Below, piece by piece: positions 37,564 to 47,853 of a stretch of 64,000 bases of DNA (its first letter is position 1; every line of letters starts with the position of its first letter). Both the position numbers and the translations under genes were made by a program. Below the pieces are notes generated by a model. The model was not told the origin of the DNA and did no database searches. It saw only the letters and a list, made by a program, of their open reading frames with translations. This DNA comes from Pseudohongiella sp. (GTDB lineage: Bacteria; Pseudomonadota; Gammaproteobacteria; Pseudomonadales; Pseudohongiellaceae), in assembly GCA_030651695.1 (NCBI GenBank), contig JAUSCD010000005.1, forward strand, positions 122,915 to 186,914, in the 5' to 3' direction.

Positions 37564-38688
37564 CTATTTGCCAAATTGTGAGGCAGTAAACAAATTGGAT
37601 GCGGGCGCTTCAGCGAGTACCGGCAGGTAAACTAAAAAACGTGTGCAACCGGGCTCGCTTTTGCATTCGATAATTCCCTTGTGCTGATTCACAATCGAGT
37701 GAGCGATGGAAAGTCCCAAGCCGGTACCTTCGGCGCGGCCACTGATCATGGGAAAAAAGATATTGTCGATCAATTCCGGTGGCACCCCGGGGCCGTTATC
37801 AACTACTTCAACCCGAATCACCAGTTTGTGGAAAACTGTGCCGATAGTGATGTTGCGCATGATGCGGGTTTTCAGTTCGATTAAACCTGAGCGGTGTTTG
37901 ACGTGAGGGCTTTCCAGCGCCTGCACTGCATTACGGACAATATTGAGCACAGCCTGAATCAGCTGTTCCGAGTCACCGTGCAATTCGGGAATGCTGGGGT
38001 CATAGTCGCGCACGACGGTGATATCGCGGTCACGCACTTCAGCTTCAATCAGATTACGAACGCGCTCCAGCACTTCGTGAACATTGAGCTTGCGGAACTC
38101 CATGGGCTTGCGCGAGCCAACCAGCCGGTCGACCAGTTTATGCAGGCGATCAGCTTCTTCAATAATGACATTGGTATAGTCAGTCAGTTCTGAATTTGGC
38201 AGCTCTGCAGCCAACAACTGGGCTGCTCCACGAATACCCCCAAGCGGATTTTTAATCTCATGGGCAAGGCCGCGTACAAGTTCGCGTGTGGTTTCGTGCG
38301 TGGAAATCAGGTTCTCGTCGCGCGAAATACGTTCAGCGTAGTTGGTCCCCTGGATCTCTATAAGAACTGCCGCATCGGTAATTTCCAGCAATGGTGTGAC
38401 GGTGTAGTCCACCTGCATGGTTTTGCCGTGTAGCAGCTGTAACTGCGCTTTGCGCTTGGTAAAGCTGTGGTGTTCAGCCAACGCTTGTCTGACTTCCAGC
38501 ACATCCTGTTCTGCGTGGATGAAGATGTCACCGATAAATGCCTGATGTAGCTGCCGGCCACTGATCGCCAGCAGGCTTTCGGCAGCCAGATTGATGTACT
38601 GCAATCGCAAGTCCTTGTCCAAAACAAGCACGGAGGTTGTCAGGCTATCCAGAAGCCGCTTGAAGAGTTTGGGATTGCCGGCAAACAT
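37564..38688 (-). CDS. ntrB: Nitrogen regulation sensor kinase NtrB
   Basis: Start probably ATG 38688; PAS domain, GLAHEIKNPLGGIRGAAQLL, DNGPGVP, GTGLGL. Confidence 0.95.
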   Translation of the reverse strand: MFAGNPKLFKRLLDSLTTSVLVLDKDLRLQYINLAAESLLAISGRQLHQAFIGDIFIHAEQDVLEVRQALAEHHSFTKRKAQLQLLHGKTMQVDYTVTPLLEITDAAVLIEIQGTNYAERISRDENLISTHETTRELVRGLAHEIKNPLGGIRGAAQLLAAELPNSELTDYTNVIIEEADRLHKLVDRLVGSRKPMEFRKLNVHEVLERVRNLIEAEVRDRDITVVRDYDPSIPELHGDSEQLIQAVLNIVRNAVQALESPHVKHRSGLIELKTRIMRNITIGTVFHKLVIRVEVVDNGPGVPPELIDNIFFPMISGRAEGTGLGLSIAHSIVNQHKGIIECKSEPGCTRFLVYLPVLAEAPASNLFTASQFGK

Positions 38689-38865
38689 AATATTGGTCGA
38701 ATTCCTGTTGAGTGCACTTAACCTGAAGGTGTATGCAAGTTCCAAACCATCATGGTGCATGCTCATCAAAATTGATGGTGAGGGTGCAAGATCATGTTTT
38801 AAGGAGATTTATCCACGACGTTGGCTATCTGTCATGCACCGCTGACTATCATAGTTAAAATACAT

Positions 38866-38882
38866 TGCACCAAAATGGTGCT
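38866..38882. promoter_or_regulatory. NtrC binding site at the ntrB promoter
   Basis: TGCACCAAAATGGTGCT versus consensus TGCAC-N7-GTGCA; minus-strand TATGAT -10 candidate nearby. Confidence 0.8.
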
Positions 38883-38908
38883 GCGCGCCAGAGATGTTTC
38901 AGCCGGGC

Positions 38909-38952
38909 AAAAAAAATCGCCTGCGGGATTGCTCCGGCAGGCGATTTTTTTT
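38909..38952 (-). terminator. glnA intrinsic terminator
   Basis: AAAAAAAATCGCCTGC-loop-GCAGGCGATTTTTTTT. Confidence 0.9.
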
Positions 38953-38980
38953 GAGCCGCTTTAACGGCTGCTGCAGCTGA

Positions 38981-40387
38981 TTACAGGCTGTAGTACATAT
39001 CAAACTCAACAGGGTGAGTAGACATGTTCAGGCGAGTGCAGTCCTGACGTTTCAGTTCGATGTAGGCATCGATCAGGTCGTCACAGAACACGCCGCCTTT
39101 TTTCAGGAAGTCACGGTCTGCATCCAGGCTGTCCAGTGCTTCGTCCAGAGAGTAACAAACCTTTGGAATCAGCGCTTCTTCTTCTGGCTCCAGGTCGTAC
39201 AGGTCTTTGGAAGCCGGGTCGCCGGGGTGAATCTTGTTCTGGATACCGTCTACGCCAGCCATCATCAGGGCAGCAAAGTACAGGTATGGGTTGGCGGTGT
39301 TGTCACCAAAACGTACTTCAATACGGATTGCTTTCGGGTTGCCGCCCAGAATGTAAGGGATGCGGATCGAGGCAGAGCGGTTGCGGGAAGAATAAGCCAG
39401 CAACGTGGGTGCTTCAAAACCTTTTACCAGGCGCTTGTATGAGTTGGTAGAAGCATTACCAAATGCATTCAGTGCCTTGGCATGCTTGATGATGCCGCCG
39501 ATGTAGTACAGAGCGGTTTCAGACAGACCGGCATAACCGTCGCCTGCGAAGGTATTTTTGCCATCTTTCCAGATTGACATGTGTACGTGCATGCCAGAGC
39601 CGTTATCGCCTACCAGTGGCTTGGGCATGAATGTCGCTGTTTTGCCGTAAGCATGAGCAGTGTTCCAGATGCAGTATTTCAGAGTCTGGGTTTCGTCCGC
39701 TTTTGCTACCAGCGAGTTGAAACGTGTGCCAATTTCGCACTGACCAGCGTTAGCGACTTCGTGGTGGTGCAGCTCAACATCCAGGCCCATAGAGGCCATG
39801 GTGTCGCACATTGCGCCCCGCAGGTCATGCAGAGAGTCAACTGGCGGGACCGGGAAGTAGCCGCCTTTAACGCGGTTACGGTGGCCCATGTTGCCACCTT
39901 CGATTTTTTTGTCGCTTGACCAGGCAGCTTCATCGCTGCCGATCTGGAAGTAGGAGCGATCCATGCCGACGTGCCACTTGATGTCGTCAAATACAAAGAA
40001 TTCGTTTTCAGGACCAAAAAATGCCTTGTCGCCGATACCGGTGGATTTCAGGAATTCTTCAGCGCGACGTGCCACAGAGCGCGGGTCGCGGTTATAACCT
40101 TGCATGGTGCGTGGTTCGATGATGTCGCAACGCAGGTTGATCTGAATCTCGTCAGCAAACGGATCCAGCACAGCGGTGCTGTCGTCCGGACGCAGGATCA
40201 TGTCTGATTCGTTGATGCCTTTCCAGCCAGCTACTGAGGAGCCGTCGAACATCATGCCTTCGAGGAATGATTCGTCCACTTTGGAAACAGGGAAAGTCAC
40301 GTGTTGCTCTTTACCTTTGGTGTCCGTAAAACGGAGGTCAACCCACTTTGCATTGTGTTCTTTGATCATTTCTAAAGTTTTAGACAT
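38981..40387 (-). CDS. glnA: Glutamine synthetase type I
   Basis: [59 protein letters not shown]. Confidence 0.98.
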   Translation of the reverse strand: MSKTLEMIKEHNAKWVDLRFTDTKGKEQHVTFPVSKVDESFLEGMMFDGSSVAGWKGINESDMILRPDDSTAVLDPFADEIQINLRCDIIEPRTMQGYNRDPRSVARRAEEFLKSTGIGDKAFFGPENEFFVFDDIKWHVGMDRSYFQIGSDEAAWSSDKKIEGGNMGHRNRVKGGYFPVPPVDSLHDLRGAMCDTMASMGLDVELHHHEVANAGQCEIGTRFNSLVAKADETQTLKYCIWNTAHAYGKTATFMPKPLVGDNGSGMHVHMSIWKDGKNTFAGDGYAGLSETALYYIGGIIKHAKALNAFGNASTNSYKRLVKGFEAPTLLAYSSRNRSASIRIPYILGGNPKAIRIEVRFGDNTANPYLYFAALMMAGVDGIQNKIHPGDPASKDLYDLEPEEEALIPKVCYSLDEALDSLDADRDFLKKGGVFCDDLIDAYIELKRQDCTRLNMSTHPVEFDMYYSL

Positions 40388-40567
40388 TCCTGATCCTCCG
40401 TGTGATCTCGAAATTTGTGGTTCGGCCGGACTTCAGCGGACGGCTCAAACCACGGGTTAATATTCTTGCAGTAATCTGCGCTCAGCTGTTTAAGTACAAC
40501 TTAAGTTCAATAAGCCGGGTATTCGGCACTATAATGCGCCACGCAGCACCCGAGTCCTCAGTGATGA

Positions 40568-40582
40568 GCAAAATATGTGCCA
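40568..40582 (-). promoter_or_regulatory. sigma54 -24/-12 promoter of glnA
   Basis: Minus strand TGGCACATATTTTGC, matching TGGCAC-N5-TTGC. Confidence 0.9.
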
Positions 40583-40643
40583 TCAAGTTTACAAACCTGA
40601 GGCCTTGAAAATCAGGCGCTTGTTAAAATTCCGTTTTTTACAT

Positions 40644-40690
40644 TGCACCAAAGAAGTGCGATAAATCACTCGTTGCACCATATTGGCTCT
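40644..40690. promoter_or_regulatory. Tandem NtrC enhancer sites upstream of the glnA sigma54 promoter
   Basis: TGCACCAAAGAAGTGCG (40644-40660) and partial TGCACCATATTGGCTCT (40674-40690), 30 bp apart. Confidence 0.8.
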
Positions 40691-40739
40691 TTCTGCCCCG
40701 TTTTGATGCGTGGCATCAGCAGGGCATTCAGAGGCCATA

Positions 40740-42194
40740 ATGCTTTACCTGATCAGATTCCATCCTGAAATCATCATCAAAACACGCCCCGTCAGACACC
40801 GCCTGATACAAGGCCTGCGCAGAAACCTGAGAATTATACTTAAACGTCTTGATGCGGCGGTGAGTGTAACCGGTGACTGGGACATTCTGGAAGTGCAAAC
40901 ACCTGACGGTAATAAAATTCTCGAGCAGCAGGTGGAGGATGTTTTGCTGCGTACGCCGGGCATCAGCCTGGTTATGCCAGTAAAGAAGTTGCCATTTGTG
41001 GATCTGGAGCAGGCGGCTGCTGAAACTTTGAAGCTCTGGGCCGGGCCTCTGCGCGGGCGCACTTTTGCTGTGCGTTGCAAACGGCAGGGAGATCACGCGT
41101 TTACGTCCACCCAGGTTGAGCGCCAAATTGGTGCAGTGCTTTTGCATAACAGCGAGGCTGCCGGGGTGAACCTGAACGAACCCGATGTAACCGTGCGGGT
41201 CGAGATCCGCTTCAGGGATTTATACATCGTGGAGCGCCAGTTACGTGGGTTGGGCGGCTATCCCATGGGCACTCAGGAGCCGGTGTTGTCGCTGATCTCC
41301 GGAGGCTTTGACTCTGCTGTTGCCAGCTACCTGTGTATGAAGCGCGGTATCCGGACGCACTTCCTGTTTTTTAACCTGGGGGGGCGCGAGCATGAAATCG
41401 CTGTAAAAGAAGTGGCGCTGTATCTGTGGATGAAGTTCGGTTCCTCTCATCGGGTGAAGTTTATCAGCGTGCCGTTTGAGTCGGTGCTGCAGAATATACT
41501 GCAGCAGGTTGATACCGGCCACATGGGCGTGGTGCTCAAGCGTGCCATGATGCGCGCGGCCGAAAGGATAGCTGCCGATATGCGTGTGGGGGCTCTGGTG
41601 ACAGGTGAGAGCGTAGGGCAGGTGGCCAGTCAGACGCTACCCAATCTGGCATTGATTGATGCGGCAACCACACGACTGGTGCTGCGACCCCTGATTGTGT
41701 CAGACAAGCAGGACATCATTAATATCGCGCGCCAGATCGGCACTGAGGTGTTTAATGCCTGCGTGCCAGAGTACTGTGGTGCGATCTCGGTTAAACCAAC
41801 AACCAATGCCAGGCTCGCTCGGGTGGAGGAAGAGGAGGCGAAACTCAGCTTCGCGCTGATGGATGAGGCCTTGGCGCATACTGAAGTGCAGATGATTGAT
41901 CGCGTGGTGGATGTGGTGGATCATAAAGATGTCACACCGCTGGTCTACAGTGAGGTCCCGGCCGGCGCGATTGTAATTGATGTGAGACACCCGGATGAGC
42001 AGACTTTGCTGCCTTTTGAGCTGGCGGGGGTCGAGGTGCGTGCGGTACCGTTTTTCCAGATATCCAGCCAGTTTGCCGCGCTCGACCGCCAGTTTACCTA
42101 TCTGTTGTACTGCGAAAAAGGCATGATGAGTCGCCTGCATGCCTCCCATCTCAAAGAGGCAGGGTATACCAACGTGGCGGTGTATAGACCGTGA
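40740..42194 (+). CDS. thiI: tRNA 4-thiouridine synthase ThiI with rhodanese domain
   Basis: Start ATG 40740; THUMP domain, LISGGFDS, PEYCG, C-terminal LLYCEKGMMSRLHA. Confidence 0.96.
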   Translation: MLYLIRFHPEIIIKTRPVRHRLIQGLRRNLRIILKRLDAAVSVTGDWDILEVQTPDGNKILEQQVEDVLLRTPGISLVMPVKKLPFVDLEQAAAETLKLWAGPLRGRTFAVRCKRQGDHAFTSTQVERQIGAVLLHNSEAAGVNLNEPDVTVRVEIRFRDLYIVERQLRGLGGYPMGTQEPVLSLISGGFDSAVASYLCMKRGIRTHFLFFNLGGREHEIAVKEVALYLWMKFGSSHRVKFISVPFESVLQNILQQVDTGHMGVVLKRAMMRAAERIAADMRVGALVTGESVGQVASQTLPNLALIDAATTRLVLRPLIVSDKQDIINIARQIGTEVFNACVPEYCGAISVKPTTNARLARVEEEEAKLSFALMDEALAHTEVQMIDRVVDVVDHKDVTPLVYSEVPAGAIVIDVRHPDEQTLLPFELAGVEVRAVPFFQISSQFAALDRQFTYLLYCEKGMMSRLHASHLKEAGYTNVAVYRP

Positions 42195-42229
42195 CACGCT
42201 TGTCACAATACTGATCTTAAAATAGTTGA

Positions 42230-42259
42230 CTGACAAGCGCCATGCTGCCGGTGTATACT
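42230..42259 (+). promoter_or_regulatory. Candidate sigma70 promoter of typA
   Basis: CTGACA-N18-TATACT. Confidence 0.45.
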
Positions 42260-42353
42260 TCGCGGCCATTTTTGTTCGTGATCTGCATGATCCATCTGCT
42301 TCCGCGCGTAGCAGCAATATTCTTAGTTAATTCTTACCTACAGGTTCTTTTCC

Positions 42354-44177
42354 GTGATTGAAAAAATCCGCAACATCGCCATTATCGCCCACGTTGACCA
42401 TGGCAAGACCACGCTGGTTGATAAACTTTTGCAACAGTCAGGTACCCTGAACACCCGTGGTGGCAACGTTGAACGGGTAATGGACTCCAACGATCAGGAA
42501 AAAGAACGTGGCATCACCATTCTGGCGAAAAACACCGCCATCAACTGGAATGGTTACCACATCAATATCGTTGACACCCCCGGCCACGCTGATTTTGGTG
42601 GTGAAGTAGAGCGTGTAATGTCGATGGTGGACAGCGTGTTGCTGCTGGTTGATGCGGTAGATGGCCCCATGCCGCAAACCCGCTTTGTGACCCAGAAAGC
42701 CTTTGCTCAGGGACTGCACCCGATTGTAGTCATCAACAAAGTTGACCGTCCCGGTGCACGTCCTGACTGGGTGCTGGGAGAGGTATTTGACCTGTTTGAC
42801 CGCCTTGGTGCAACTGACGAGCAACTGGATTTCCCGGTTGTGTACGCCTCCGCATTGAATGGTATCGCCGGCCTTGAAGTCGACGCTATGTCAGACAACA
42901 TGGACCCCTTGTTCGAAACCGTTATCAAACACGTACCACCGCCCCCCGTTGATATCGATGCGCCGTTCCGTATGCAGATCAGTGCGCTCGACTACAACAG
43001 CTATGTGGGCGTCATTGGTATCGGCCGTGTCACCGGTGGTATTGCCAAACCTAATATGCAAGTGGTGATTATCGGCGCTGACGGCGAAACCCGTAAAGGC
43101 AAAATTCTGCAGGTGAAAAGCCATCTGGGCCTGGATCGTATCGATGTGACAGAAGCCACCGCAGGCGAGATCATCTGTATTACCGGTATTGATAAATTGC
43201 ACATCTCTGACACCATCTGCGATCCGGATCATGTGGTAGCCATGCCGCCTCTGACTGTTGATCAGCCCACCATCAGCATGACCTTCCAGGTAAATGATTC
43301 GCCATTTGCCGGCCGTGAAGGCAAATACGTGACCACACGTAACCTGAAAGACCGTCTTGAGCGCGAGTTGATCCACAATGTGGCGCTGCGCGTTGAGCCG
43401 GGCGAATCTGCAGACAAATATAAAGTGTCAGGCCGTGGCGAATTGCATTTGTCTGTATTGATCGAATCCATGCGTCGTGAAGGTTTTGAGCTGGCGGTTT
43501 CCCGTCCTGAAGTGATCATGAAGGATGTCGACGGCGTAACTCACGAGCCGTATGAGAATCTGGTGATCGACTGCAACGATGAGCACCAGGGTTCAGTTAT
43601 CGAAGAGCTGGGTCTGCGCCGTGCAGAAATGCAGGACATGTTGCCGGATGGCAAAGGTCGTGTGCGTCTGACGTTCGAAATCCCCACGCGTGGCCTGATC
43701 GGTTTCCGGTCGATGTTCATGAGCATGACGTCGGGTACCGGCATGATGAACCACGTGTTTGACCATTACGGCCCGACAAAACCGGGTGAGCTGGCAGCAC
43801 GCAAAAACGGTGTGCTGGTTTCAATGGTAACGGGGAAGGCGCTGGGCTATTCGCTGTGGATGTTACAAGAGCGCGGCCGTCTGTTTATCGATCCGAACGT
43901 AGAAGTTTACGAAGGCATGATCATTGGTCTGCACAGCCGTGACAACGATCTGGTAGTCAACCCGATCAAAGGCAAGCAGCTGACAAACGTACGCGCTTCA
44001 GGCACAGATGAAAATATCGTACTGACGCCCCCGACCAAACACACGCTTGAACAGGCGATGGAGTTTATCGACGAAGACGAGCTGGTGGAGATCACGCCAT
44101 TGAGCATCCGTATTCGTAAGAAGAACCTGACTGAGAGTGACCGCAAGCGCGCCAGCCGTGGTTCTGCGGCGCGTTAA
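42354..44177 (+). CDS. typA: Translational GTPase TypA/BipA
   Basis: [58 protein letters not shown]. Confidence 0.98.
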   Translation: MIEKIRNIAIIAHVDHGKTTLVDKLLQQSGTLNTRGGNVERVMDSNDQEKERGITILAKNTAINWNGYHINIVDTPGHADFGGEVERVMSMVDSVLLLVDAVDGPMPQTRFVTQKAFAQGLHPIVVINKVDRPGARPDWVLGEVFDLFDRLGATDEQLDFPVVYASALNGIAGLEVDAMSDNMDPLFETVIKHVPPPPVDIDAPFRMQISALDYNSYVGVIGIGRVTGGIAKPNMQVVIIGADGETRKGKILQVKSHLGLDRIDVTEATAGEIICITGIDKLHISDTICDPDHVVAMPPLTVDQPTISMTFQVNDSPFAGREGKYVTTRNLKDRLERELIHNVALRVEPGESADKYKVSGRGELHLSVLIESMRREGFELAVSRPEVIMKDVDGVTHEPYENLVIDCNDEHQGSVIEELGLRRAEMQDMLPDGKGRVRLTFEIPTRGLIGFRSMFMSMTSGTGMMNHVFDHYGPTKPGELAARKNGVLVSMVTGKALGYSLWMLQERGRLFIDPNVEVYEGMIIGLHSRDNDLVVNPIKGKQLTNVRASGTDENIVLTPPTKHTLEQAMEFIDEDELVEITPLSIRIRKKNLTESDRKRASRGSAAR

Positions 44178-44320
44178 GTCGCCTGGGATGTGCTGAAGGT
44201 CGGTAGACTGCACCTGCTTGCGCCAGAAAAATATCTCTGCGGATCGAAAGATCCGCACCCTATTTTTTCTGCCACGTCAGGTGCGTGCACTGTCAGGAGT
44301 ACTACTTTCCGGTAATCATC

Positions 44321-44758
44321 ATGATCGCTCTGATTCAGCGGGTTAATCACGCCAGTCTTCGTATCAATGGAGAGCAACACTGCGCCATTGATAAGGGGCT
44401 GGTGGTGTTACTAGGCATTGAAAAGAGTGATACCCGCGTTCAGGGCGAAAAGCTGCTGCAGAAGGTGCTGGATTATCGTGTCTTCGGCGATGCCGAAGGG
44501 CGCATGAATCTGAGTGTCAGCGCCATTGGCGGGCAGGTGATGCTGGTGTCGCAGTTTACGCTGGCAGCGGATACCGGCCGTGGTCTGCGTCCCAGCTTTA
44601 CATCAGCCATGCCACCCGCCGATGCAGAGCAACTTTATAATGAGCTGGTTGCATGGATGCAGCTTCAGTACGCGCGTGTGGTCACCGGCAGTTTTGGTGC
44701 AGATATGAAAGTGCTGCTTGAAAATGATGGCCCGGTGACGTTCAGTCTCCGGGCCTGA
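44321..44758 (+). CDS. dtd: D-aminoacyl-tRNA deacylase
   Basis: Start ATG 44321; MIALIQRV, SQFTL, GLRPSF, FGADMKVLLENDGPVTF. Confidence 0.95.
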   Translation: MIALIQRVNHASLRINGEQHCAIDKGLVVLLGIEKSDTRVQGEKLLQKVLDYRVFGDAEGRMNLSVSAIGGQVMLVSQFTLAADTGRGLRPSFTSAMPPADAEQLYNELVAWMQLQYARVVTGSFGADMKVLLENDGPVTFSLRA

Positions 44759-44771
44759 CCGGGCCCTGGTT

Positions 44772-46919
44772 TCAGAAGTACCACATCATGCGGCCGTAAA
44801 TATTGCGCCCCAAACCCGGCAGTCTCTGATCCAAAGCAATATCCGGATTCATGGCGCGGTTGTAGCCAGCCAGATGATCCTCATAGTCTTTATCCAACAG
44901 ATTGTTGATGCCTATCCCAAACTCCAGATTAGTTCTCGCACGGATACTGCTCGACAGATTCAGTAGACTGTAGCCGGCTGTCTCAGCTTCCAGATTGGTA
45001 GCGGAAACTCTGTCCTGACGCGCGTAGGTGACTGACTCCAGTGAGCCACTCCAGCCATCGCCCTGATAATCCAGTGCCAGGATCATATTGTCAGGTGAAA
45101 TCCGGTAAAGATTATCATTGATGTCTTTGCGTTTGGCGCGAACCATACTCATCACGGCGCGCAGAGCAAACTGCGAATTGATTTCATAGCGGGCATCCAT
45201 GTCAAAACCATAATACTCAGCATCTACGTTGCTGAACTGCAACGGATTTGGTGTGCCCATCCCCATGTTGGCAAGCATCTGCGCAAAGCTGTTGGCGACT
45301 GCATTGGTGGAGGGGATGCCCTGAATAAAGTCACTGACGTCCTTGTAGAAGATTCTTGGATATGCGCTGAAAGCACCCCGATCCAGATCGAAACCCAGTT
45401 CAGCTTCGTGAGCAATTTCCGGCTTCAGTGCAGGATTGCCGATGTAGTTTTTGCCATCAGCCAAGCCGCCTGTTGACGACGCAGGAGACCACAGATAACG
45501 CTCCTGATACGACGGTGATCGCGTTTTGCGTGCGGCTCCGGCATACCAGATCACGTCATAACCAGGGTCGATACTGAAACGCGCAAACCAGTCTGTATTG
45601 TGGTCAGTCTGGGAGCGATCCATGGCGTTAAACTGATTGGCCAGCGTGCGTGCCATATTATTGATCATGAATGGGCCGCCGGCTGGCAAGTTGGACGGGT
45701 TGTAGTTGGCTGCCACTGCTGCCGAATTCATGCGTACCTGATTGTGGCGGATACCAAGATCCAGGCCGGTGATCTCACTCAGTGCAATATTACGTTCGAT
45801 GAAGACGCCGGTCAGATTCTTTTCGGCGTCTTTGAAGTTGTCGACAAAAAAGAAACGGTTGTTTGGATTCTGAATCAAAGCGATGTGATTTGAGTAGTGC
45901 CCATCCACCCCAAAGCGCCAGTAGCCATTACCAACTGAGCGTTCTGCTTTTACGATGAAACCGGAGTTGTCGCTGGCGGTGTAGGTGTTACGGTAGCGGT
46001 TGGTGCCAGGTCCGGCCGCATTGTCCTGAGGTGGAGTGCGCAGGTGGTAATTGCTCATCCAGTGGCCTATATCATTCAGCGACACTTCGGCAGTCAGTTT
46101 CCACTGCACACTTTCCCACTCGTAACGACTGCGCACCAGATCACTTTCTACCACCATGATATCCATGGGCAAGGCTGCAGTGCCGGCGTCGCCGGTGTCA
46201 TTGCGCGCAAAGTCGATGCTGAATTGATGATCTCCGCGTTGGAAACTGTAACCCAGATCAAAACGATCGCGCTTGTATTCAGAAGGCCTGATGCTGCCGC
46301 GCGCAAAGTCTGAGTCGTCACCCTGCTCGGTCATGACAAAACCCCGGAACAGATGATTGCGATTGGCTACTGAAACAAAGGCGCTGCCGACTATGCCGCT
46401 ATTGACCGATTGTGCGCCAAGGTAGGTGCGCCCGGCCCACTGGAACAGTGAGCTGTCACCAAAATCGCCGCTGTAAGTGACAGCTTCAACATTGCCCCCC
46501 AGCGTTTCCTGTCCCGCACTCACGGGAGCAATGCCGCGGCTGATGGTCAGCGATTCCAGAATGGCGACCGGGGCATAATGTAAGGGGGCATCCATAGCGT
46601 TGGGGCCGCCGGAACTGACGTGAGCGCCATTGATTGACACATTCACGCGGTCACCATGCATGCCACGGTACTGCGCAATACCCGTCAGCTCACCGTTTTT
46701 ATTGACGTTTGCCCCGGGCATTTTTCTTAATAATTCTGTGGTATCAGGGGGTGCCACCATGGTGTCATCTGTGCGTACGGTATGGGAGTCACGTGCACCA
46801 ATGATCACCATCTCTTCAATGATTTGAGTTTGCGCATTTCCCACGCTACCAAGCAAGGCTGAGTAGCTGGCCAGTACAAACAAACCGCTGCGTCGGGTGA
46901 TCATCAAGAAATTTTTCAT
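44772..46919 (-). CDS. TonB-dependent receptor, OprC/NosA-like plug but without the Cys ligand
   Basis: Signal peptide, plug LLRKMPGANV..YRGM..DR, GNPALKPE, PGLGRN, C-terminal WYF. Confidence 0.9.
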   Translation of the reverse strand: MKNFLMITRRSGLFVLASYSALLGSVGNAQTQIIEEMVIIGARDSHTVRTDDTMVAPPDTTELLRKMPGANVNKNGELTGIAQYRGMHGDRVNVSINGAHVSSGGPNAMDAPLHYAPVAILESLTISRGIAPVSAGQETLGGNVEAVTYSGDFGDSSLFQWAGRTYLGAQSVNSGIVGSAFVSVANRNHLFRGFVMTEQGDDSDFARGSIRPSEYKRDRFDLGYSFQRGDHQFSIDFARNDTGDAGTAALPMDIMVVESDLVRSRYEWESVQWKLTAEVSLNDIGHWMSNYHLRTPPQDNAAGPGTNRYRNTYTASDNSGFIVKAERSVGNGYWRFGVDGHYSNHIALIQNPNNRFFFVDNFKDAEKNLTGVFIERNIALSEITGLDLGIRHNQVRMNSAAVAANYNPSNLPAGGPFMINNMARTLANQFNAMDRSQTDHNTDWFARFSIDPGYDVIWYAGAARKTRSPSYQERYLWSPASSTGGLADGKNYIGNPALKPEIAHEAELGFDLDRGAFSAYPRIFYKDVSDFIQGIPSTNAVANSFAQMLANMGMGTPNPLQFSNVDAEYYGFDMDARYEINSQFALRAVMSMVRAKRKDINDNLYRISPDNMILALDYQGDGWSGSLESVTYARQDRVSATNLEAETAGYSLLNLSSSIRARTNLEFGIGINNLLDKDYEDHLAGYNRAMNPDIALDQRLPGLGRNIYGRMMWYF

Positions 46920-47073
46920 GCGGCCGGGAACCTGTGCGGAATTGTAAAACTCCGGATTTTAGGCTCTGAAGGAACTGGCGTCACTGCGTCAAATTGTCAC
47001 AGAAGGGTCGCGGATAGGCGTGGGATGGCCGGCAAGGGCGTGACCATAAAACAAACGGTCATGATGGGTGTCC

Positions 47074-47847
47074 TTATTCTTGCTCTTGCTCTTGCTCTTG
47101 CTCGTGCTTTTTTCTCATATAGACTTTGCCGCAGAAAACGCCTGTTTCAAACAGCATCCACATCGGCAGGGCCATGATGATCTGGCTGAATGGATCCGGT
47201 GGCGTCAAAAACATCCCCACGACAAAACAACCCACAATAATGTAAGGGCGTTTTCCTTCCAGAGATTTGATGTCAACTATACCCGCCCAGATCATAAGAA
47301 ATACAGCGATGGGTATTTCGAACGCAAAACCGAACGCAAAAAATATTTTGAGCACAAAGTTCAGATAGCTGGCGATATCGGGCGCGACCGCGATGCCTTC
47401 GGGCGCAACGGAAACAAAAAAACTGAACACAACACCAAACAATACGTAGTACGCAAAAGCCATCCCCGCATAAAACAACAGCACGCTGGAAACAAATAAG
47501 GGAATGGCCAGCGACTTTTCATTGGCATACAAGCCGGGAGCGATAAACGCCCAGACCTGGAACAGAATATACGGCGCGCAAACAAACAGCGCGGCATAAA
47601 ATGTCAGTTTGAACGGTGTGAAAAACGGCGACGTGGGATCAATAGCGATCATGCTGGTATCGGGCGGCAACACCGATGTCAGCGGATAAGCCACAAAGGC
47701 ATAGATGTCGTTGGCAAAATAAATGAGGCTCAAAAACACCAGCAGTAGTGCCGCGGCACATCGGAGAATACGGTCACGCAGTTCAACAAGATGGCCAACA
47801 ATGGTCAGTTCCGGTCTTGCTTCAGGTTCAATCGGGTTGGTTGTCAC
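47074..47847 (-). CDS. tatC: Tat translocase subunit TatC
   Basis: HLVELRDR, PTSPFFTPFK, FIAPGLY.NE, FEIP, TPPDPFSQ. Confidence 0.97.
   Translation of the reverse strand: MTTNPIEPEARPELTIVGHLVELRDRILRCAAALLLVFLSLIYFANDIYAFVAYPLTSVLPPDTSMIAIDPTSPFFTPFKLTFYAALFVCAPYILFQVWAFIAPGLYANEKSLAIPLFVSSVLLFYAGMAFAYYVLFGVVFSFFVSVAPEGIAVAPDIASYLNFVLKIFFAFGFAFEIPIAVFLMIWAGIVDIKSLEGKRPYIIVGCFVVGMFLTPPDPFSQIIMALPMWMLFETGVFCGKVYMRKKHEQEQEQEQE
47079..47102. repeat. (CTTGCT)4 microsatellite encoding the EQEQEQEQE tail of TatC
   Basis: Four exact hexamer copies just before the tatC stop. Confidence 0.9.
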
Positions 47848-47853
47848 GTGGAA

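Noticed and set aside
42191-42206. Palindrome GTGACA-CGCT-TGTCAC at the thiI stop
   Set aside because: Spacing does not fit CRP, there is no U tract, and it is short enough to be chance.
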